A DNA stretch of 64,000 nucleotides. It comes from Marsupella aquatica. Its lineage: Eukaryota; Plantae; Marchantiophyta. Every line of letters begins with the position of its first letter. Within the stretch, counting starts at the first letter, position 1. The stretch is from positions 18,135,836 to 18,199,835 of the forward strand of contig OZ316893.1 in the NCBI GenBank assembly GCA_973895155.1, in the 5' to 3' direction. This document shows, in pieces, positions 11,801 to 22,110 of the stretch. Position numbers and translations under genes: made by a program. The notes beneath the pieces were generated by a model, which saw only the letters and a program-made list of their open reading frames with translations, had not been told where the DNA came from and did no database searches.

Positions 11801-13559
11801 AGTGTCCTGCATTGTTGCCGTTGCCGTTGTTTTTGCCGATGCCGATCTCTTTTCTTTCTCCAGTAGTTTCAGCAGACTCTGCATGCCTGGTTGCTGCATC
11901 GGCAAGTCTTCCTTCCTGGGCCTAAACACCTGCTCGATCGTAGGACTAACAGGTGGTTGAGGCTTCTCAGCCAACAGCCTCGGCGTTGGAGCTTCCTCGG
12001 GTGCCCTTACCTGCAGGGGAAGTACCGGGGCAAAAGTCTGACCTCTGGCATACCGGCACAACAGCGGCATGTGATAGCCAAGCCGCGACACGCTCCCCAT
12101 GCCGATTACCTGCTGCTCCTCCTTTAAGATCTTCTTCAACTGGTTGAGGAGGTACCCGTTGTAGTCCCGGCTTGGGTCTGGCCTTTCTGCCAGATAGACC
12201 TGTGCCTTGCCGATCTCTGCCCTCGGCAAGTTACAATGCATGGTCACCCGCAAGAAGTCGATCATCTCTCCTATGTGCGGGTTGGTGCAGGTGTTCCGGA
12301 AGAAGCCATTCTTCGTTGATGGCCCGGGGAACGACCGGAACTCCTTGTCAGGCAAGGTCTTCCTGGTATCAACTTTGGTCTTATTGCCCATCGGCAAGCC
12401 AAACACTTCGGCAATCACCTTGGGAGTAAGATAGAAATCCTTCCCATATATCCTCGTGCAATTGGTCTCGGGTTCCCATGACCCCACGAATTCTAATAGG
12501 TCTGACTCCGGTACCTCCGGCTTCAGCCATGGTAATCTTACAAAGGCCTCCAAGCCGGATCCGGCCATGAAGCCTTGGTACTTCTTGGTCTGCATGGCCG
12601 TAAAGCATGCATCCTCCTCCCGTGCAAAATGTAGTTGCACCTCCACCGGTAGGGTTGCCGCCCAGCCCTTCCAGGTGTCATCCCTGGTTGGAATGGCCTT
12701 GATGGGATCGACCTCCTCCTCTTCGGCTTCTCCCTGCCTCCTGCTCTGCTGCTCGGCTGGCTTCTTTGGTGCCGCCGACCTCGTTCTTTTTGCCGGGGTG
12801 GCTTCATCGTTGACGGCTCCCTTCCTCTTCATCTCTGCTGCCGTGGAGGTTTCTCCTAGCACCGTTGCCCGGGTCCACCTTTTCGTGCTACCCTTTAATT
12901 CCCAGTGTATGTCGTTGCAGTTCTTGATGGCCTCTCGGATGCCGACGACGCTGTCTTTGCAAAACAGAAGATCGTCGAGTTGATTGGAAGTAGGCGTCCA
13001 CAGGAACTCGTCCTTGATGAGTTCGCCTCCTAAGAAAGCCGTCTTCTGCAGCTCCCACAATCGAGCGAGCTCCTGCCGTTCTCGAGCTGCCCTTTCTGAC
13101 TCCTCGTCCTCGTAAGTCTTGATGTACTCAGTTGCCCGTTCGAACAGGCATCCCCAGAAATGTGCCGCTTGATTGACGTTGCTCATACCCTCCTTAGGTT
13201 GATCGTCGGTATCTACTCTCTCCCCGAGTGCTTGCCTAAGCAGCTGACAGTAGTTGGCCTCCCGTAGTCGTCTGCCTAGTTCGTGCTCGCAAATGAGCCA
13301 CCATCTCCTGCAAGCGCTCCTTACCCCTCTCCTCTGCCGGTCTTTCTTCCCGTTGATCCTTCCTAGCCGCCGACGCTTAACGCGCCCTAACCCTAATCGG
13401 GTTTTCACCCTCAGCCTTACCTCCGGCCTCTGCCCGGGTTCCATGGTTGCCCCTAATTGTTTATATTTTCCTTGTTTTGTCACTATACTAAGGTGTTCCT
13501 AGGGTGCCTTCCTGCTTTACCCACTTAACCGGCCGAGTGATTCCTGTCTAGGCATCACA
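8885..13559 (-). mobile_element. Solo LTR, family 1 (young subfamily, 4675 bp)
   Basis: TG..CA ends and a perfect 5-bp TSD AGAAG (8880-8884 / 13560-13564). Constant offset of 7865 bp to 1020-5694. No PBS or PPT adjacent. Confidence 0.95.
9797..13444 (-). CDS. LTR-encoded ~1215-aa protein, second intact copy
   Basis: Uninterrupted ORF (track 9797..13483) with only scattered amino-acid differences from 1932-5579. Confidence 0.8.
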   Translation of the reverse strand: MEPGQRPEVRLRVKTRLGLGRVKRRRLGRINGKKDRQRRGVRSACRRWWLICEHELGRRLREANYCQLLRQALGERVDTDDQPKEGMSNVNQAAHFWGCLFERATEYIKTYEDEESERAARERQELARLWELQKTAFLGGELIKDEFLWTPTSNQLDDLLFCKDSVVGIREAIKNCNDIHWELKGSTKRWTRATVLGETSTAAEMKRKGAVNDEATPAKRTRSAAPKKPAEQQSRRQGEAEEEEVDPIKAIPTRDDTWKGWAATLPVEVQLHFAREEDACFTAMQTKKYQGFMAGSGLEAFVRLPWLKPEVPESDLLEFVGSWEPETNCTRIYGKDFYLTPKVIAEVFGLPMGNKTKVDTRKTLPDKEFRSFPGPSTKNGFFRNTCTNPHIGEMIDFLRVTMHCNLPRAEIGKAQVYLAERPDPSRDYNGYLLNQLKKILKEEQQVIGMGSVSRLGYHMPLLCRYARGQTFAPVLPLQVRAPEEAPTPRLLAEKPQPPVSPTIEQVFRPRKEDLPMQQPGMQSLLKLLEKEKRSASAKTTATATMQDTTTEVGLHRLTRENPFAGDKERIRPESKPGVRMYVGTSSSESEAELPEAPTNEEEREKPDVQEVEEAVEDCSHDNSGYGSDHHVPGVRTCGRFVPTLPRVVRGDPNQQSSPESPPPDVAPPSFDGIKQTVQEFQERIKQEEEAALAKEKDLPGGDWPEDIRRLAEKGSKPLATIEEIRRTAWEQRPRWAMPITSTYSTYAKNRAMEYGEMCGELALGIFGEELEVGPFFHREQLEKHQLEEAVALERSKKDEVIRRLRRMEAEIEDLRAAKKAQDELRIKRHELNIMQGQLDAAQADNQNIKDKLTQTQEELADTIKEREKWKQELKNTEEAHITANSRAMAETQRKEWALKGELEKIRGALEQKEVELGKSYQGIMALQQELASLTASFKADLREKDEMLEQTYAKMNQMESVIIAELDKELRATQEEKATLKKELEEAHREQEEAKNELEGARKDLDETQEELEEITRKMENLQRRADNQTERLKKQAAVFKCLAAAGPSPVGTNQLPGVVIAEGQAAPPAPVPEVSGKGKGPAAEPPTKKKRKPSGSRSNTTSQAVVIKEVDPAPTPDRVTAKDPTTLGEGEAEAVGVAEAEAVGVAEAEAVGVAEAEAVGIAEAGVEAEAEGGPSQADGELTRSMAGNLSVGGPTAVAEEEVLGASIEDPPPVS

Positions 13560-15787
13560 AGAAGCACCAATTAGAAGAAGCGGTGGCTTTGGAGAGAAGC
13601 AAGAAGGACGAGGTCATCTGACGGCTTTGGGGAGAGGGAAGCCGAGGTCAAAGACCTAAAGGCGTCCAAGAAAGCCCAAGATGAGCTACGGATTAAACGA
13701 CATGAGCTAAACATCATGCAGGGGCAGTTGGATACCGCGCAATCTGATAATCAGATTATCAAGGATAAACTGACTCAGAGCCAAGGAGAGTTGGCTGAGG
13801 CGGTCAAAGATAGGGAGAAGTGGAAGCGAGAGCTGAGAGACGCAGAGGAGGCCCACATAGCAGCCAACAACCGGGCCATGGCGGAGACTTGGAGAAGGGA
13901 GAGGGCGTTGAAAGGGGAACTCGAGGATATCCGTGGAGCCCTTGAGCAGAAGGAGGCCGAGTTAGGGAAATCCTATCAGGGATTATCATGTTGCGGCAGG
14001 AGCTTGCATCCATGACGGCCAGCTTCAAGGCCGACCTCCGCGAGAAAGATGACCAGCTCGACCAGACTTATGCCAAGATGAATAAAATGGAGTCTGAGGT
14101 CATGGCGGAGCTCGACAAGGAGCTGAGAGCAACCCAGGAGGAGAGGGCTACCTTAAAGAAAGAGTTCAAGGAGGAAGCCCAGAAAGAGTTGGAGGAAGCC
14201 CAGAAGGAGCTGAAGGAGGCGAGAAAGGACCTGGATGAATTGCAGGAGGAGTTGGAGGAAAGCACGCGGAAGATAGAGAACTTACAACGGCAAGCCGACA
14301 ACCAAACGGAGCGGCTGAAGAAACAGGCCGTAGTATTTAAGTGCTTGGCTTCCTCAGGACCAACTCCAATTGGGGCAACCAAGTTACCTGGTGTAGTACT
14401 GGCCAAAGGAGAAGCCGAGACACTCGCACCGGTGCCGGAGGTAAGTGGCAAGGGGAAGGGGCCAGCTGCCGAACCAAAGAAGAAGAAGAAGCGGAAACCT
14501 TCTGGGTCAGGGAGTACTACGGCTCCTCAAGCCGTCGTGACCAAGGAGGTAAACCCAACACCAACCTTCGGCATGGTCACGACAATGGATCCACCTGTCA
14601 AGGAAGGTGGGGATGGCAAGGCCGAGGCTAGGACAACTATTGATGAAGCCGTGGAAGCAAACCCACCACTGGAGCCAGCCGAGGAAACCATAGTTGGGGA
14701 GGCCGTGGCCGATACTGATGCCAAAGCCAAAGGTGGACCCAATCAGGCCGATGAAGAGTTGACTCGGTCCCGGGCAGGTAATCTGTCAGAGGAAGGACCG
14801 ACGGCAGTGGCTACGGGGGAAGCGTTGGGGGCGTTCATTGAGGATCCACCACCGGTGTCGTGATGGTGCAAGGGCGCTGTTCCTTTTAGGAAGGGCGGAC
14901 GTGGAGGTAGGAGGCATGAGTGGGCAGGGCGGGCTCGGATCTCCAAGTTTAGGCTGAGGATCAGGACCAGGAGACGGCCCTAACACTTAGATTAGTGGGA
15001 TTGCGGATCCACTGGTAGGAGCAACACTTGTACTCGTGCCTCGCTGTACATAGGTAGATTGCAGTTAGGTAGATTACAGGTAGGATAGATTAAGCTTACG
15101 CTGCTAAGAATTGGCAGATCCACTACCAGGATAAGTACCTGGGCAGCGGGGAGTCCAGGGCCTATTCTTTAGCAAGTTTTTAGTTGCACCAGCAGGGCTG
15201 GGATCAAGTAGAAGAGAAGCTCTTGGTTAGTTATACAGTGACGCTTGTGTATATTCATGTTTCCTCATGCCTAAGAGCTGAATAGAGTTGGCCTCACAGC
15301 TTAGTTCGCAGAACTTGTGTATGAGATGTACTATTTGTATGGCAAGTGCATGGTATAACTCAGTCAAAAGGAGTCATTTTGCTATTTGTGTGTCGCATTA
15401 ACTTGTGTGAAGAGTGCCCACATCAACTAATAGATGAAGGGAAGTAAGCAAGGGAGTGAGAGTTGGATGTGTCGAGCTGAGAGAGGTCTTAGCGGCTTAA
15501 CCAAGCCAATTGGGGATCATTCCGGCGGCGAAATCCAAATATACCTAAAGAAAAGGAGGGGAATACAAGGGAAGGCCTAGATTAGGCCGGCTACGTATCT
15601 CATGACCCGATGAAGGATCTGTCCAGTATATGTGTGTAAAATGTTAATAGTAGTAGTAGATGGAGGTTAGCAGCGTCCCATGCCACTAAGCCGCGGAAAC
15701 GGCCTCGCCGAGGATGAAACCTGCGGGAATCAGCCTGCGCAGTGGGGTTTCTTGGGTTTGGGGAGCCATGGGACGCACCACACTCAT

Positions 15788-17445
15788 AGATACAAGCGCA
15801 AGCTATTCTGACTAAGGTAGAGTCATCTGATGTGTTGGTGGGATGTACAGTGCTCTACCCCAGGGGATTTATTCTTGATTTTTGGGAGGAATCAGTGTCA
15901 TATAGACCTGATTGGCAGTCAAGAGATGCTCGATTGAGAAAATTGCCAATGAGATTTAGTGGACCTGTGGGAGGCCCTTAATCCACACCATTATCTTTAG
16001 CAGCATTCAGTGGTGTAATTGTTGGACCTGATGATTTGATTGAGGGTAATGCACATGCAGCAGATGTTCCACCATTGGAGGAGTCTCATGAGGAGCACAT
16101 CATGCGAGGATTACCTGTTGGCAGTGTTGTGCCACCAGTGTGGGGCACTGCATAGGCCTTGCCATAGGCAGTAGCACGATTGGTACATGATGCATGGCGT
16201 CATGCTTTTACACCACAGTCAGGACCAGAGCAGTCTCTTGCAGATGGACCTATGACTCTTTCACCATTGGATACCACTCCTATTGCTTGGCAGTATCCAC
16301 CGGAGGGTATTTGTTTGTTGGATCTTTTTGGTGGGCTTAGCACTGGATTGGCTATTGTTCTTAAGATAGGAATTCCTGTGCGTTGTTATTTGTATGTGGA
16401 GACAGATGAGACAGCACGGAGGGTCTCATTGCAACATGTGGCTATGTTGGTGGATAGATATCCACAATTGCTGCCAGTGGATGTTGTTCGTGGTTATCAG
16501 CTTGCACTACCTACTAATATTTCATTGTTGGGGGCGGATCATCTGCATCGTGTTGGCCCCATTGATTTGGTGATTGCTGGTTGGCCATGTCAGGGCCAAT
16601 CTAGAGCTGGCATTGGGCATGGACTTCATGATCCACGCTCTACATTGTTTTGGGAGATGTTACGGGTGCTGCGTCATCTCCAGCTACATCAGACACAGTC
16701 TCCAACATACATTTTGGAGAATGTGCCATTGTTAGGTGATGATCATAGTTGGAGTGTTGCCAGTGTTCACCAGGTGAGGTCTTGGATTGGACCTGCTGTG
16801 TTATTGGATGCTGCACGTGTGGGTTCTTGTGCACATTGTCCACGCTTGTGGTGGACTAATTTGATCCCATGTGAGGTGCTGAAGCACGCATTTGACAGCA
16901 TTCCACGCTCACCAGCCTTAGTGGTGGATGATATTTTGGATCCAGGGCGTCGTGCACAGGGTGTGACCCAACCTGATAGACCTCCATTGGCAGTGGTCAA
17001 TGCACTTGGACGCCCACATTGTGCATTACCCACTCTTGTAAGCCACTCTACTTCATATGCATTCAGAGTAGGTGGCCCTGGACTTGTGTGGAACACAGCT
17101 CTCCAGCAATTAGTGGAGCCTACTGCTGATGAGAGGGAGCGTGCTATGGGATTTTTGACTGACACCATTGCAGTTGCCTCTATGTAAGAGGGTTTGCAGC
17201 ACCAAGTTCTTGGTCAAGCAATGGATCTGAATTGTTTTACTTGGATGATCAGCTTGGGAGTAGCTGAACAGTTGCGGATGCGCTCTACTGGAATTACTGA
17301 TTGTCCCTTGGTGAGCTTGTGGTCCATTGAGACAGTACTGACCACAGCTGGGGGCGAGCAGACGGTCCATGGACCTATGGCAGGATTGGCCAAGGCTGGA
17401 CAGATTGTTGAGCAGGAAGGGACTGCTCAATCTACTGCTAAATAG
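15788..17445 (+). pseudogene. DNMT3-like C5 cytosine methyltransferase domain of copy A (in-frame stops)
   Basis: Motifs LLDLFGGL (I), DLVIAGWPCQ (IV), YILENV (VI), AHCPRLWWTNL (VIII), ERERAMGF (IX) and VLGQAMD (X). A TAA lies at 17185-17187, with further stops upstream of the domain. Confidence 0.9.
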
Positions 17446-17451
17446 CAATCA
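17443..17451 (+). promoter_or_regulatory. Putative stop-codon readthrough signal TAG-CAA-TCA (UAG-CARYYA)
   Basis: In-frame stop between MTase and RT, identical in both copies. Matches the TMV-type CARYYA consensus. Confidence 0.7.
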
Positions 17452-20400
17452 TTGGCTATCTCTTCTACCCTACAAAGAGATATTAGGGATTTGGTGGAGA
17501 GTTGGGAACCACAGCTTGGCCCTAAGTTGACAGGGGAGGAGAGACGTTGCATGCATCAATTCCTGAAGAGTTCCTGGAATTGTTTTGCATTTAGCATGAA
17601 GAATTTGGGGACATTAAAGGGTCCTGGTATTTAGATTGAATTGGCTAGTGATGCGCCAATCTTTCATAGGCCATACCGTTACAGTGACATGGAGAGAGCT
17701 CTGATTCAAAGCATAACTCAAGATTTGTTGGAGGCTGGATTGGTGGAGATTTCATATGGGGAGTATGCATCTGCCACAGTGATGCCAGCCAAGAAGGATG
17801 TGCATGGCAATTACACAGATAGGAGCATGTGTGGTGATTACAGACCCATTAATCGCCAGACAAAATCTGATAGATATGCCATGCCCACACCTGAGGAGAT
17901 CTTTGATGCTATGGGGCATGCAAAGGTTTTCAGTTCATTGGATCTGAGGGCAGGGTACCATCAGCTTCCAATTAGGCATGCTGACAGGTCCAAGATAACA
18001 TTCTGGGGGATTGATTCTTATGGCAAAGATCGTTTGTATCAGTGATTATTCTTACCATTTGGGTTGAAGAATGCACCAACTGAGTTCCAGAGAGTCATGG
18101 ATCGAATCCTTGTAGGTTTGGATTTTGTCAGATGTTATATTGATGATATTTTGGTCTATTCTTCTACTGTGGAAGAACATCAGCAGCACTTGCAGAATGT
18201 GTTGGAGAGATTGAGAGCACATGGGTTGAAGGGGGTATTTACAAATGACAGGAAACAGCAAACGGTAACAGGAAACAGAAACTGGTAACAGGAAAACGAG
18301 TGGTAATTTTTTTTTGAATTTTTTTTTGAACTTTTTTTGAACTTTTTTTTGAACTTTTTTTTTGGAATTTTTCACCCTAAATTTGAAACCCTATATTTTT
18401 CATTTTTTTTGCCAGCGCCCGGCGCTGGTAATGCTAGCGCCCAAAGCTAGCCAAAAAACGTTGCAATTTAATTTTTTTTGGGAAAATGTGACTTTTTTGA
18501 AAATATTTTAACATGGTTATTTTTCCTGGTAATAGTAACTTTTTGCTGGTAACAGGAAAATTTTTGCTGGTACCAGTAAACCTGTTTCCTGTTTACTGTC
18601 ACGCGTGCCATACCCGGTTGAAGCTCCATCCTAGCAAGTGTAAGTTCTTCCAAGACCAGATTGAGTATTTGGGCCACACTATATACCTAGGGGGATTGGG
18701 TGTATAGTAGACTAAAGTGGAGGCCATTACACAGATTCTTTGTCCTACTGATGTGAGTAGAGTTCATGCATTCTTGGGATTGGCAAGCTACTACAGGAGG
18801 TATGTTAAAGGATTCAGCCAGCTTGCTAAACCTTTGACCATACTCACTAAGTTGGATCAGGAATGGATTTGGGGTGATGACCAGGAGCATGCCTTTCAAG
18901 AGTTGAAGCAAAGGTTGGCATCATCCCCTATTTTGAGAAGACCCATTTCAGGCAAACCATTTCAGCTACACAGTGATTGGAGTGGAGTAGGACTTGGAGC
19001 AGTGCTAACTCAAAAGGATGATGAGGGGAATGAGTTTATTGTGGTTTATGCCAGTAGATCAAACAATTCAGCAGAGGCTAAGTATAGCTCTTATGAGGGA
19101 GAGTGTTTGGCAGTAGTGTGGGCTGTTGCACACTTTTGTTGCTACTTGTTTGGTAACCCCTTCACCTTGATCACTGATCATCAGCCTCTTAAGTGGTTAA
19201 TGGAGTCTGACAAGCTTACAGGGAAGCTTGCACGATGGGCATTGTTGTTACAGGAGTATGATTTCCAGGTGGTGCATAGGCCTGGAAAAGTGAACTTGGA
19301 TGTAGATGGATTAAGCCGCAAATCCATGTACCAATCAGCAGGATGAGACTGGAGCCAGATGGCATGATGAGTCAGATAAGGAGATGGTGCCAGGATGGCA
19401 TGCATCCGCCTTTCTTTGTTGGGTGCCAACATACAGTGGATCTGTGGGCTCTACCTCATTGGATGGAGTGGATGATGAGTCTTCAGGTGTGGATGTTAGT
19501 GAGGTAACTTCTGGACAGCAAGATATTCACAATGATGTGAGAGTGTTGGAATATCTGCGCAGTGGTTCTATTGTTGGTAGTGTTGATGCCAAAGAACAAA
19601 ACAGGGTTCTACAGAGAGCAAAGAGGTTTCGATGGGAGGGAAACCATCTTTTGAGAGTACTGCATGATAGTAGGATGTTGGTGGTACCAAAATCATCACA
19701 ACAAGTACATTTGGTGCAACATGCACACGAGGAGTTGGGTCACTTTGGTGTGAAGCGCACTTATAGCTTGCTGCAGACACAATATTGGTGGCGTGGTATG
19801 CACACTCATGTCCAGCAGTTGATAGCTAAGTGTGTGGTATGTGATAGAGTGAGAGCATCATTTAATGCTCCCACTCCCAGTTGCACCCGTTACCGATCAT
19901 GGGTTTGGGATATCGTTGGAGTTTAGATTTTGCTATCCATTACCTCTTACCCAACGCCATAATTGGTATGTTTTGGTCATGGTGGAGCATTTCTCCAAGT
20001 GGATTGAGCTAGTGGCGTTGCCAGATAAAGCCAGTGGAGGAGTTGCTGCTACATTTTTGGATCGCGTACTCAGTCATTTTGGAGCACCAGTTGAGGTGTT
20101 GACTGATCAGGGAACTGAGTTCCATGGAGAGTTTGGGAGTTTGTGTGAACAAGCTCTGATTGATCATCGTACTACCTCTCGTGATCATCTTGAGGCAGAT
20201 GGATTAGCTGAGAGAGTTGTGCAAACTGTGAAGAGAGGATTGCGTAAGTATGGCTTGCAGGTTGGTTATCTGGGAGATTGGGATCTCCAGCTACCTTGGT
20301 TAGCTATGGGCTACCGTTTCAGTCGACAAGCATCACTTGCATCCTTCTCACCTTACTTTTTGCTCTATGGTAGAGAGCCAGATTTGCCAGCAGCTATTCG

Positions 20401-20962
20401 TCGTGATGCTACACTAGTAGTGAACTTGGATGATCTTGATGTTTGGGTCAAGGTATGTTCAGAGAGAGCACGGGTATTTCAGAGAGTGATGCCCATGGCT
20501 TTTGACAACCTTGCCATTGCCCAACATCGTGATACTTTGAGGTATGCCACTATTCGTGGAGGAGGTTACCGTGCAAGCATTCGACGATTTCATCCTAGTG
20601 ATTATGTTTATTTGCAGCAAACAGCACGCATGACACTTGATGTGACCGTAGGCTGGATGATCTTACATGTGCGTGAAGTGTTGCCTTCTGGTGTCTTGAT
20701 GTTGGAGGGACGTGATGGTATGGTTTGGAAGGATCATGTGCGCAACTGTGCACCATGTCACCTTCCCAACATTGATGGTACAGTAGATCCAAGCTTGGCA
20801 CATGTTCGTGCTGGCTTGAAATGTATGTTGTCTGGATCTGCTCAAGGAGCAGCTACTATGTTGATTTGTGATAAGTGTTCTAGAGGATGGCACATGTCAT
20901 GTTTGACATCACCATTGCAGGTGATTCCTAGTGGATCATGGTTGTGTCCTCAGTGTCGGTGA
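17452..20962 (+). pseudogene. pol: pol (RT-RNaseH-integrase-PHD) of copy A
   Basis: RT: DYRPIN, LDLRAGYHQ, YIDD. RNase H: FQLHSDWS, YSSYEGE, TDHQPL. Integrase: HEELGHFG...CVVC, LTDQGTEF, DGLAER. C-terminal PHD. Contains stops, frameshifts and a MITE insertion. Confidence 0.9.
18232..18615. mobile_element. Small non-autonomous DNA element (MITE-like, 384 bp)
   Basis: 8-bp TSD GGTTGAAG (18224-18231 / 18616-18623). Ends GGGGTAT...ATACCC with subterminal ACAGGAAAC repeats. The empty site is in copy B RT. Confidence 0.85.
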
Positions 20963-21126
20963 AGCAGACTAGTTGTCATTTGTGTTCTCTTGGCAGATAT
21001 GGATTGCAGGTAGGTGATCGATGGGGCTCACTTGCACCCGACCTTCTGATCTTCACACCTAAAAAGGTGTATATCAACCTTGTAGAACTCATGGCTAGCT
21101 AGAGTTAGGGGACCTTACTCCCAGCT

Positions 21127-21273
21127 AGGGGGGCGATTGTGGGTTTTGGACATGTGTGGACATGAGTTCCACTTGTATTCCATTCTCTTGTGTTTGTGAT
21201 GTGGCAGTGTGACTATGTCTGGATGTATGTGACAAGCGATGTATGTTGTGTAGCGATGTGTATGCGCACAACA
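21127..21273 (+). repeat. PPT (AGGGGGG) plus 136-bp terminal repeat B of copy A
   Basis: AGGGGGGCGAT followed by TGTGGGTTTT...GCGCACAACA (21138-21273), homologous to 43044-43179 and 42576-42711. Confidence 0.85.
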
Positions 21274-21299
21274 GTGTTCTTATTGGGTAGGAAAACTAA

Positions 21300-22110
21300 C
21301 ACACTACCAGGATAGATACCTCCGTAGCATGAAGATCAAGGCTTTTTTTCTTGGACAACCTGTACTGCACCAGCAAAGCTAAAATCAACCAGTAAAAGAG
21401 CTCTTGGCTAGTTATGAGTTGTACAATGAGTATACCCATGTTTCCTTGTACCAAGTGGAGAACTGAATAGAGCTGGTCTTATGTGGCATAGTTTGCAAAT
21501 CTTTGCATGAGATGTATTGAGTATATGATGTTGCATGATGGTCATAACTTAGTAGGAGTCAATTTTCTACTTGTGTGTCACACCAGCTTGTTGGAGATTG
21601 CCCACACCAACTGGGTTTGGAACACATGACAGGAAACAAGAAACAAGTTTCTTGTTACCAGCAAAAAAATTCCTATTACCAGGAAAAATGATAATCTAAA
21701 AATATATCCTAAGAAGTCTCATTTTCCAAAAAAATTAACAATACAATATTTTTTTGGTTAGCTTGGGGAGCTGCTATTACCAGCGCCGGGCACTAGCAAA
21801 AAAAAGTTGACGACGCAAAAAACAACAACTTTCCTATTGTTTGTAAATACCTCCACCAACTGAGAGGAGACAAGAAGAAGCAAGGAGCGTAGATAGTTAA
21901 GTGTTGGGTATGTTAGTCAAAGAAAGACCCTCAACAGGCCTGTTGGGCAAATTGGATACATTATGGGGGCAGAATAATTATAAACCCATACAAATATAAG
22001 TGTAGTAGATCATTCAGTTGAGATTGAGACAAGGGGATACAACATCACAACTAATAACCCGGTGAAATAATTTGTCCAATAAATGTGTCTAAACAATTAG
22101 CAGCATTCCA
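21300..22110 (+). mobile_element. Ancient decayed remnant related to the 3' non-coding part of the family 1 LTR
   Basis: Colinear patches (ACTACCAGGATA, CTGAATAGAG, TTGTGTGTC, TGCCCACA, TTAGCAGC) shared with 15120-15680. Boundaries approximate. Confidence 0.55.
21613..21853. mobile_element. MITE-like element of the same family as 18232-18615, opposite orientation
   Basis: 8-bp TSD CACCAACT (21605-21612 / 21854-21861). Ends match those of 18232-18615 in reverse complement. Confidence 0.75.

Larger units (their letters stand above)
6473..14863 (+). pseudogene. Disrupted copy of the LTR-encoded PMD-like/coiled-coil ORF
   Basis: Fragments 6467-7171, 7280-7909, 8264-8884, 13716-14015 and 13988-14863 are colinear with the 1228-aa track ORF. 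Broken by stops, frameshifts and the 8885-13559 insertion. Confidence 0.85.
6358..15782 (+). mobile_element. Solo LTR, family 1 (older subfamily, ~4.75 kb net), with a younger solo LTR nested inside
   Basis: Ends TGTGATGC...GCACCACA. TSD CTCAC (6353-6357) / CTCAT (15783-15787). The empty site is seen in copy B (GATAGCTCACAGATAC). Confidence 0.9.
5695..21273 (+). mobile_element. Ty3/gypsy retrotransposon with DNMT3-like methyltransferase and integrase PHD, copy A (5' part outside the window, several nested insertions)
   Basis: Colinear with copy B (42576-56377): PR, MTase, RT, RNase H, integrase, PHD, PPT and a terminal 136-bp repeat. Interrupted at 5695, 6358-15782 and 18232-18615. Confidence 0.9.

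Noticed and set aside
1020-13559. 1020-5694 and 8885-13559 as the paired LTRs of one element
   Set aside because: 8885-13559 has its own AGAAG TSD, the intervening DNA belongs to other elements, and the PBS/gag lie left of 1020.
1020-15782. Long inverted repeats suggesting a giant TIR or foldback element
   Set aside because: Explained by separate insertions of the same LTR family in opposite orientations, each with its own target-site flanks.
16180-17187. Bacterial restriction-modification methyltransferase or contamination
   Set aside because: Embedded in frame in a gypsy polyprotein in two copies, DNMT3-like motif wording, plant genomic context.
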